A DNA stretch of 64,000 nt, taken from Nitrospirota bacterium. GTDB lineage: Bacteria; Nitrospirota; Nitrospiria; Nitrospirales; NS-4. Where the stretch lies: positions 18,750-82,749 of the forward strand of contig VBOD01000108.1 of the NCBI GenBank assembly GCA_005877615.1, given 5' to 3'. Below the pieces are notes generated by a model that made no database searches, was not told where the DNA came from, and worked only from the letters and a program-made list of their open reading frames with translations. Shown piece by piece: positions 57,568 to 64,000 of this stretch. Position 1 is the first letter of the stretch. The number at the start of each line of letters is the position of its first letter. The position numbers were made by a program, and so were the translations under genes.

Positions 57568-58995
57568 ATGCGCGTGCCAGGAGTCTTGTCGGTCCTCATC
57601 CTGACTTGCATCGCCTCACCAGGGTACTCGGCCGAACCTGACGAATTCGCCACGCTGGCCGCCCATATCTCCCCCGCTCAACTCATGCAAACCGTCCGGG
57701 AGCTTTCCAATTTCGACGGGCGACAATCCGGGACAGCCGGCGGCCAAGCAACCGCGGCCTACATCGCACGCCACTTACCTGAGGCCGCGTTGCAACCGTT
57801 TCCGATCACTACGGTGCAAATCGACACGCTTGTGCGTGCGGAGATTCGGGTCGACCGGCGCGTGGTAGCGCTCGAAAAGGGCCAGGACTTCCTCCCGATC
57901 ATAAGCCTGGCCCCCACGGAGCAAGTCTCAGCCCCGGTGGTCTTTGTTGGTTATGGCATCGCCGCTCCCGGCCAGGGGCTCGATGAGTACCAGGGCCTCT
58001 CGGCAGCCGGGAAGGTTGTGCTTTTCCTCCGCGGACAGCCCAAGGGTTTTCCAGGGCGCTTGACCCACGCGGACAAAGTCCGGACCGCCCACGCCAAGGG
58101 CGCTGTGGCCTACCTGACCGTGACCGGTCCGATCCTGAGCCCTTACGAGGAGCGCCGTGGAATGACGACCCGGCCGGCGGCCCTCTACGAAGGGCCGGCG
58201 CCTCCCGCTCTGCCTGGACTGTGGATCACGCCCGTCGCAGCGGATGCCATCCTGCACCCCCTCGGTCGCTCCGTTCGGTCCTTTCAAGAGGAGATGGACC
58301 GTCAACTCGCAGCACGATCCGCGGACACAGGCACGGAACTGCGCATGGAGATGGTTGCACGCCGACTCGACGCGACGGCCTCGAACATCCTCGCGCTATG
58401 GCCCGGCTCCGATCCGACGCTTCGCAAGGAGACCATCATTCTGGGCGCCCATCACGACCACTTCGGGATCCAAGCCGGCCTGGTCTTCCCCGGCGCAGAC
58501 GACAACGCGTCCGGCACAGCCGTGGTGCTGGAGATCGCCCGCGTCCTCGCGACCACCGGCAGCAGACCCAAGCGGAGCCTCCTGTTCCTGTCCTTCGCTG
58601 GCGAAGAGCAGGGCCTCCTGGGTTCACGGTTCTATGTGGCCCACCCGCGCTATCCCCTCAGCGCCGCCAAGGCGATGATCAATGTCGATCACGCGGGGGT
58701 CGGAAACGGCCACATCGTGGTGGGGCTTGCGAAACTCGAGAAGGCGGCCGCGCAGGCTGCGGCCGAGAAGGTCGCAGCAGGCGACAAGCTGGAACTGTAC
58801 GGCCTGTTTCCAGGCGGGGACCACGTGCCGTTCGCAGAAGCCGGCCTGCCCACCGCCGCAATCGTGACGGCAGGGTCCCACCCGGACTTCCATCAGCCGA
58901 CCGATACGCCCGAAAAGATCAAGCCCGAGTTACTCGCTTTGATCGCGCGCTACGCCCTCGCCCTGGTGTGGGCCCTCGCCAACGACGAGCGGTGA
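57568..58995 (+). CDS. M28 family aminopeptidase with PA domain, secreted
   Basis: Signal peptide MRVPGVLSVLILTCIASPGYSA. HHDHFG, GADDNASG and FAGEEQGLLGS metal-ligand motifs. Confidence 0.85.
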   Translation: MRVPGVLSVLILTCIASPGYSAEPDEFATLAAHISPAQLMQTVRELSNFDGRQSGTAGGQATAAYIARHLPEAALQPFPITTVQIDTLVRAEIRVDRRVVALEKGQDFLPIISLAPTEQVSAPVVFVGYGIAAPGQGLDEYQGLSAAGKVVLFLRGQPKGFPGRLTHADKVRTAHAKGAVAYLTVTGPILSPYEERRGMTTRPAALYEGPAPPALPGLWITPVAADAILHPLGRSVRSFQEEMDRQLAARSADTGTELRMEMVARRLDATASNILALWPGSDPTLRKETIILGAHHDHFGIQAGLVFPGADDNASGTAVVLEIARVLATTGSRPKRSLLFLSFAGEEQGLLGSRFYVAHPRYPLSAAKAMINVDHAGVGNGHIVVGLAKLEKAAAQAAAEKVAAGDKLELYGLFPGGDHVPFAEAGLPTAAIVTAGSHPDFHQPTDTPEKIKPELLALIARYALALVWALANDER

Positions 58996-59007
58996 GACGC
59001 GTGGGAA

Positions 59008-59769
59008 TTACTTCAGCGGCAGCTTGACGCTGATCGCTCCGCCTAAATCCCCTTCCTTCGCCCCCTCTTTCTTATAACCCGAGATGTCCTTCTCGCCCTT
59101 GGGCTCCCCATGGCACGTGAGGCATCCCTTGCCGTAAAAGAGGGGCAGCATCACACGGAGGGTTTTCCCGCCATCTGCTGACTCGCTGACAATTTTCTCG
59201 CCCTGGCGGGGGTACGCCGGATCGGCAAACTTTTGCAGCACGTCCGCTTCGAACCCGTCGGCCTTGTTCGCAGGATTCCGCAACAACCCGTCGTGCGTGG
59301 TCTGCTTGAGGTAAATGCCTGCCATGCCACTGAACTTGGCGGCCGCTTGGGTGCCGAAGGTCGCCGGGATGAAGCCCTTAAAGCCGACCCCCTTCTTATT
59401 AATGGTCGATTGATTCTCAGCGACGGTCCGTTTGGACGCTTCTACCAGTTGAGGCAACAGTTTTTTGGCCATCTCGGGTACGTTGGCAGATTTGAGGTTG
59501 GTCAGGTCCACTCCGGACCGTTCCTTGAACTTCTCGACCAACTGCTTTTCGAACACCTCGGGCGTAAAGCCCTTGTCGCCCTTTTCGGCATCGTTGATGA
59601 GCGCTTGGTTGGCCCCCACTGTGACCCGACCGGAGTCCAAGAGAATCGCCAAGAGCCGACCGGTTTCCGCGGCGTCCTGCTCCGGGCCCGCAAGTGCCAC
59701 GCTTGGGGCAGAGACGAGCCCGACAATAACCCAAAAGAGGTAGAGGACGGGCACTCTTAATTTCATCAT
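59008..59769 (-). CDS. Haem-binding periplasmic protein (DUF3365/Tll0287-like, one CxxCH)
   Basis: Start MMKLRV at 59769 behind GGAAGGAGG. Signal peptide present. C-terminal GKGCLTCHGEPKGEKD. Confidence 0.65.
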   Translation of the reverse strand: MMKLRVPVLYLFWVIVGLVSAPSVALAGPEQDAAETGRLLAILLDSGRVTVGANQALINDAEKGDKGFTPEVFEKQLVEKFKERSGVDLTNLKSANVPEMAKKLLPQLVEASKRTVAENQSTINKKGVGFKGFIPATFGTQAAAKFSGMAGIYLKQTTHDGLLRNPANKADGFEADVLQKFADPAYPRQGEKIVSESADGGKTLRVMLPLFYGKGCLTCHGEPKGEKDISGYKKEGAKEGDLGGAISVKLPLK

Positions 59770-59814
59770 TGCTGGCCTCCTTCCGAAAAGGATGATGGAT
59801 GAAAATGGGTCAAG

Positions 59815-59890
59815 TGGAGCCGGCGAGTGGAATCGAACCACCGACCTGCGGTTTACGAAACCGCTGCTCTGCCAACTGAGCTACGCCGGC
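59815..59890 (-). tRNA. tRNA-Thr (anticodon CGT), CCA encoded
   Basis: The minus strand reads GCCGGCGTAGCTCAGTTGGCAGAGCAGCGGTTTCGTAAACCGCAGGTCGGTGGTTCGATTCCACTCGCCGGCTCCA. It folds by hand into a 7/4/5/5 cloverleaf with anticodon loop TTCGTAA. Confidence 0.9.
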
Positions 59891-59925
59891 CCGGGCGCCC
59901 ACTCTAACAAGCCGTCTTAGGGAAT

Positions 59926-61803
59926 TCAACCCCGCCGCCGCGCCTTGCTGAAGGGGAAGGTCCCGATCGGGCCGTTCGGTTCCACCTCCGGGCTCACCGC
60001 CGGCATCTGCTCCTTTTTCAGCTCGGCCGCGCCCTTGGGTACCTGCTCCCGCAGATAGGTGATGATCTCTCCCACGTCTACCCAGCCGTTGTCGTCGGCG
60101 TCGCCTTGGCCCCGAATGGCCTTGAGAAAGTGATAGGTGAACAGCCCGTGCTGTCCGGCATCCCAGGAGAGGCTGGGCCCGTTCGTGGAGGACGACCCGA
60201 TAACGACGGTGCGGCGCTTGTCGCCAGGCTTGCCCGCACTCCATGGGAGATGTCGCGGGTCGCCCTTGCCGTCCCCGGCTTGAAACGAGAGGTCGGCCAA
60301 GACCAAGTTCAGCCGGGACGGCAAGCGCGCCAGGACGTCCTGCAGCCGGTTCAGCGAGTAGCCACGGCGCGCGAGGTCGGGCCGGCCTTCGTAGGGCATC
60401 AGGATGATGTCGGTGCCCTCCGCATCCAGGACGGCGTTGCCGATCAGATAGACGAAGACGATCCCTGACGCGTTGGCCTGGCGGGGCAGCCAGTCTTCGA
60501 GGGTGTCCTGAAGATCGACCAGGAGCGCGTGCTCGTCCGTCAAGACCCTCACGTTCTCTAACGGGAACCCCGCCAGTGTGGTCAAGTGCTTGGAGACGAC
60601 CTCGGCATCGCGCCGGGCATGTTTCAGACGCGGGATACTTTCCTCCCGATAGCCTCCGAGGCCGACCACCAACGCATACGAAGTGCGACGTTCAAATCCC
60701 TGCACTTTGGCAGGAATCTGATCCACGTCGACCGAGAGCACCTCAACCGGTTCGCGGGCGCCCGCGCCGGACATGATGGACGCCACGAACCGCTTGCGGG
60801 TTGGCGGCCCATGGCCTCCGGCTTCGGTGACCTGCACCAGCAGTTCCGCCTGCTGCGCGGGGAAAGTGGCGGGTAGCTTCGTGGTGATCGTCGCCTGTTT
60901 TTTCTCGCCTGGTTGGATATCGCCGAGCAACGTCGGATTGACGAATTCCTTCACAAGAGCCGGCGTACCCGAGAGCTCGACCGCCACGCCGCGCGCGACG
61001 CCCGGACCGGCGTTGGCAACCTCCACGCGGACGACGACCTTCTCACCGGCCTCCAGCACTTGATTGCGGTTCTCATCTTCGAGGGACGCCAGGAAGCTGA
61101 GAGTCGGCGCCTCGGCAGTCGCTGTCGGCGGCGCGCCCGTGCCCCCGCTCCCGCCAGGCCGGCCTGCGGCCATCATCTCCTTGCGAGTCCCCAAGCGAAT
61201 GGCCCAGTCGCGAATCTTGACCGACTGGGTCAGGCTGTCTACCAACCGATCCGACAGTTTCTCCAATGCCTCTGTCACCGGCAGCATCAGCCCCTGAACC
61301 GTGCAGTTGGTGCCGTCGGTCGTCACGGTCCACTTGCCTTCGCCCTTGACCGGCTCGTTGAGAAGGGTCTTGCCCTCCATATCGACCACCGTGACCCGCA
61401 AGCGCACCAATACTTTGAGCGGGTACTCTCCGATCTCCCGTCGAGGGATGGCCAGGTTCATTTCCCCGGTCTCGAGCGCGGCGCTGAGCACGGCATCCGC
61501 GGGATCTTTCGGGTTTCCCTCGAAGGTCTTCTCAAAGACTCCAGTCGCATCCGCCTTCACTTGCTCGGCGAGCCGTTCCCCCAGAGGAATCGCCTGGGGC
61601 ACCCCGCACGAATCCCTATAGAACAACTGAGCGTGCTTGAGGGCCTCGGGGATCTCGAGACGGACCGACAAAGGGATGCTGGGGGACTTCGCCTCGTCGG
61701 ACTTGAACTCCAATCGCGGGAAGACGAGCTTCTGCCCGCAGCCGAGCGTGACCACGACCGTCGCCACAACGAAGAAGCGCATGAGGGGCCGAAGGGTCGA
61801 CAT
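59926..61803 (-). CDS. Caspase-fold (peptidase C14-like) lipoprotein with Ig-like middle domain and C-terminal EF-hand loop
   Basis: Start at MSTLRPLMRFFVVATVVVTLGC (lipobox). C14-like block YALVVGLGGY...RRDAEVV...VFVYLIGNAV...NLVLADLSF. EF-hand loop DADDNGWVDVGE. Confidence 0.65.
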   Translation of the reverse strand: MSTLRPLMRFFVVATVVVTLGCGQKLVFPRLEFKSDEAKSPSIPLSVRLEIPEALKHAQLFYRDSCGVPQAIPLGERLAEQVKADATGVFEKTFEGNPKDPADAVLSAALETGEMNLAIPRREIGEYPLKVLVRLRVTVVDMEGKTLLNEPVKGEGKWTVTTDGTNCTVQGLMLPVTEALEKLSDRLVDSLTQSVKIRDWAIRLGTRKEMMAAGRPGGSGGTGAPPTATAEAPTLSFLASLEDENRNQVLEAGEKVVVRVEVANAGPGVARGVAVELSGTPALVKEFVNPTLLGDIQPGEKKQATITTKLPATFPAQQAELLVQVTEAGGHGPPTRKRFVASIMSGAGAREPVEVLSVDVDQIPAKVQGFERRTSYALVVGLGGYREESIPRLKHARRDAEVVSKHLTTLAGFPLENVRVLTDEHALLVDLQDTLEDWLPRQANASGIVFVYLIGNAVLDAEGTDIILMPYEGRPDLARRGYSLNRLQDVLARLPSRLNLVLADLSFQAGDGKGDPRHLPWSAGKPGDKRRTVVIGSSSTNGPSLSWDAGQHGLFTYHFLKAIRGQGDADDNGWVDVGEIITYLREQVPKGAAELKKEQMPAVSPEVEPNGPIGTFPFSKARRRG

Positions 61804-61911
61804 GGGAAGCCACATGTGTGCCGCGTTATACAAGAAATGTGAGCCAATCGCAACGAAAACCCTCACGGCCGTCTCCTTGACACCCCGCAACCGATTCGAT
61901 ACCGTGCGCCC

Positions 61912-62790
61912 ATGGCCGCTCTTGGAGGACTGTCGCTCTCCTGGTCCGACTTGGCCGACCTCATTCGCCTCCGCAATCAAACCGGTTCCCTCCTGCTGCT
62001 CTTGCCGACCCTGTGGGCGCTAGTCCTCGCCGGCGACGGGCACCCGCCGCTTTCGCTGACCGCCATCTTCGTGGCAGGCGTGTTTGTCATGCGGAGCGCG
62101 GGGGTCACCGTCAACGACCTCTGGGACCGCGACCTGGACCGGCGAGTCCAGCGCACTCGCGAGCGTCCCCTTGCGTCCGGCCGCATGCAACCAAGAGCGG
62201 CCGTGACCGTCTTTCTCGCGCTGATCGTGCTCGCCGCCGGCCTGGTCTTCCTGCTCAACTCCCTCACAATCACCCTGGCACCCATCGCGCTGCTCCTGGC
62301 CGTCCTGTACCCGCTGGCCAAACGGGTTCTGCCGCTACCCCAGGCCATTCTGGGCATGGCGTTCGGGTGGGGCGCGATCATGGCCTGGTCGGCCGTGCGC
62401 AACGAGATCGCCTGGCCAGCCGTCGGCCTCTTCGTCGCTACCATCTTCTGGGCCATTGGCTACGACACGATCTACGCCTTGCAGGACCAGGAAGATGACC
62501 AACGGGCCGGCGTGCATTCCGCCGCCCTTCTCTTCGGGCCATGGGCATGGGTGGCGGTCGGCAGCGCGCTGTCCGTGATGGTGGCGCTGTTGGGCTTGGT
62601 TGGCCTGGCGACGGGCCTCGCCTGGCCGTTCTACGTGACGCTCCTCCTGACGGGCGCGCTGTTTGCCGGCCAGGTGCGCCGGATCAAACACCCGATCGCG
62701 CCCGCCCAGGCCCTCGCCTTGTTCAAGCAGCACGTCTGGGCCGGCGCGCTCATCCTCGCGGGGTTCTGGAGCGGCGTGCTGCTCAGGTAG
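61912..62790 (+). CDS. ubiA: 4-hydroxybenzoate polyprenyltransferase (UbiA family)
   Basis: NDLWDRDLDRRVQRTRERPLASG and YDTIYALQDQEDD Asp-rich motifs; about 8 TM helices. Confidence 0.9.
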   Translation: MAALGGLSLSWSDLADLIRLRNQTGSLLLLLPTLWALVLAGDGHPPLSLTAIFVAGVFVMRSAGVTVNDLWDRDLDRRVQRTRERPLASGRMQPRAAVTVFLALIVLAAGLVFLLNSLTITLAPIALLLAVLYPLAKRVLPLPQAILGMAFGWGAIMAWSAVRNEIAWPAVGLFVATIFWAIGYDTIYALQDQEDDQRAGVHSAALLFGPWAWVAVGSALSVMVALLGLVGLATGLAWPFYVTLLLTGALFAGQVRRIKHPIAPAQALALFKQHVWAGALILAGFWSGVLLR

Positions 62791-62802
62791 ATGCTGTGTC
62801 GA

Positions 62803-63600
62803 TCAGGAAGAGGCCGGCGGCGGCCTGTCGGGCGGCGGGGCGTTCAGCGTTTTCAGGAAAAACATGATGGCCTTGGCATCGTCGTCGCTGACGCCCAGAT
62901 TCGGCATCTTGGTGTGCGGCTTCATGATCTGCGGATATTTGATCCAACGATACACCCAGGACGAGTTCAAGCGGAACCCGGCCCGATCCAAGGGCGGGCC
63001 GACCTCTCCCCCGCTCTGCCCGATCTTGTGACAGGCGTTGCATCCGTACTTGTTGTAATAGAGTTGCTTGCCACGCGCCGCGAGCTTGGCTTCCTCGGAG
63101 GAGGACGCCGTCACCATGGGCTTGGGAACCGGCGCGAATTTCGGGCGTTCCTTTTTAAGCGAGGCCCAGTCGGCCTTCTCCAGCTTCATCCCATGGAGCG
63201 TGCGCACAAAGGCCACCAGGGACCAGAGCTCTTCCTCCGACAGCGTGTTTTTGAACGTGGGCATGGTCGGCACGGCGAATTCGTCGTCACCGATGTTGTC
63301 GCCGACCTCTGGCGTTGTGTCCTTCATATCGCGCGCGATGGTCGCAAAGATCTCCTCGTCCTTCAGGGTGCTCATCTCGTCCTTGTTGGACAGGTCCTTG
63401 GGCTTGGGATCGGGCATGAACTTCCAGTTGAAGCCCTCGCCGGGCCTACCGTGCTCGCCGTGGCAGTGGGAGCAGTAATAGGCATAGAGGCTGCGCCCCT
63501 TGGCGACGTGCTCGTTCTCGAACAGAGCGCACCCGCCCAGCCCGACCAGCACCGCCACCGCCGCGACCGCGACCGCCCTCACGCTATGCTGCCTGCTCAT
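62803..63600 (-). CDS. Dihaem c-type cytochrome lipoprotein
   Basis: Start MSRQHS at 63600. Lipobox LGGC. Two CxxCH motifs (CSHCH, CNACH). Confidence 0.85.
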   Translation of the reverse strand: MSRQHSVRAVAVAAVAVLVGLGGCALFENEHVAKGRSLYAYYCSHCHGEHGRPGEGFNWKFMPDPKPKDLSNKDEMSTLKDEEIFATIARDMKDTTPEVGDNIGDDEFAVPTMPTFKNTLSEEELWSLVAFVRTLHGMKLEKADWASLKKERPKFAPVPKPMVTASSSEEAKLAARGKQLYYNKYGCNACHKIGQSGGEVGPPLDRAGFRLNSSWVYRWIKYPQIMKPHTKMPNLGVSDDDAKAIMFFLKTLNAPPPDRPPPASS

Positions 63601-64000
63601 GCCGGCTGCCCCTTCCTCACCTTGCGGATGATGACGTACTCCACCCCTGCAGCCACCACCACCGCGATGAGCCCGTAGAGGTAGATCGAATAGTTGGTCG
63701 GCGGCTCCGCGTTGAAGTACCACCACGAGGTGACGGCTTTCTGCGAGCCCGACTCCTTCAGATCACCGCTTTCCAGCTTCTTGCCGTCCCAGACCGCAAA
63801 GGCGATGTTCGGGAACGTGCCGAGCTGGAATTGGGCGTCGTTCGGATCGGTCGTGGTGAGCGCCCGGGTGAACACGACGTGCCACACGCCAGTGGCGTCC
63901 TGCTCGACGACTTTCGTCTCCTCATCGAAGAGCGGTTCGCCCGTCTTGGGGTCCTTCGCCGGCTCTCCCTTGGCGTCCTTCCGGAGGATGAGTTTCCGTT
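63597..64000 (-). CDS. EB_dh-like haem-b subunit of a type II DMSO-reductase-family enzyme (NxrC-like), C-terminal TM anchor; N-terminus outside window
   Basis: The frame is open from 63998 (hand translation RKLILRKDAKGEPAKDPKTGEPLFDEETKVVEQDATGVWHVVFTRAL...). NIAFAVWDGKK...GSQKAVTSWW resembles the EB_dh family. C-terminal helix IYLYGLIAVVVAAGVEYVII. Has a 4-nt overlap with the cytochrome c gene. Confidence 0.5.
   Translation of the reverse strand, partial: RKLILRKDAKGEPAKDPKTGEPLFDEETKVVEQDATGVWHVVFTRALTTTDPNDAQFQLGTFPNIAFAVWDGKKLESGDLKESGSQKAVTSWWYFNAEPPTNYSIYLYGLIAVVVAAGVEYVIIRKVRKGQPA

Noticed and set aside
59815-59890. tRNA-Thr could be an integration site of a genomic island.
   Set aside because: There is no integrase, no direct repeat of the tRNA 3' end and no obvious compositional break on either side within the window. 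The neighbouring genes are ordinary envelope or respiratory genes.
61127-61165. A 39-nt segment in the caspase-like gene, encoding GGSGGTGAPPTAT, might be a decayed copy of the repeat element.
   Set aside because: By-eye identity to the consensus is only about 60 percent, and the diagnostic ends are not preserved. It cannot be distinguished from an ordinary Gly/Pro linker without a computed alignment.

Overview
This is a GC-rich (roughly 60 percent by eye, not computed), very gene-dense bacterial chromosomal window. It holds about 65 protein genes and one tRNA-Thr. I saw no rRNA, CRISPR array, transposase, integrase or prophage. The gene content and composition suggest a Nitrospira-like (Nitrospirota) diderm, but that is inference only; the relevant genes are an EB_dh/NxrC-like haem subunit plus a dihaem cytochrome c at the right edge, a CHASE2 cyclase, and Lnt, LolCD and LpxD. 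Most of the window is housekeeping. On the left are addAB, lnt, prfB, lysS, lolCD, trpFBA and lpxD. A long minus-strand block follows, running from thiE-accCB-efp-aroQ and coaBC-rpoZ-gmk-yicC-nth to hflX, tsaD and clpC. To the right are nadK, aspA, gltA, hup, ubiA and others. The most unusual signal is not a gene cluster. It is a family of near-identical 36-39 nt GC-rich palindromic, G-quadruplex-prone repeat units inserted in frame inside conserved genes. There are two copies in addA, one in addB in the opposite orientation, and one in coaBC. Each is translated into a Gly/Pro/Ala/Ser loop, which resembles the Rickettsia palindromic element phenomenon. Other points worth a second look:
- an orphan DGQHR (DndB-like) gene behind lolCD
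- a gene built from nine tandem 33-nt (11-residue) repeats
- a small minus-strand module ending in a SWIB/MDM2-domain gene, which includes a 54-codon zinc-ribbon ORF missing from the ORF track
- a caspase-fold lipoprotein that seems to lack the catalytic dyad
- the classical prfB +1 frameshift
- several genes whose ATG sits 7-9 nt after a -10 box with no Shine-Dalgarno (candidate leaderless mRNAs)
Internal start coordinates were derived by arithmetic from the ORF track. No database search or computation was possible, so all family calls rest on motif recognition by eye.
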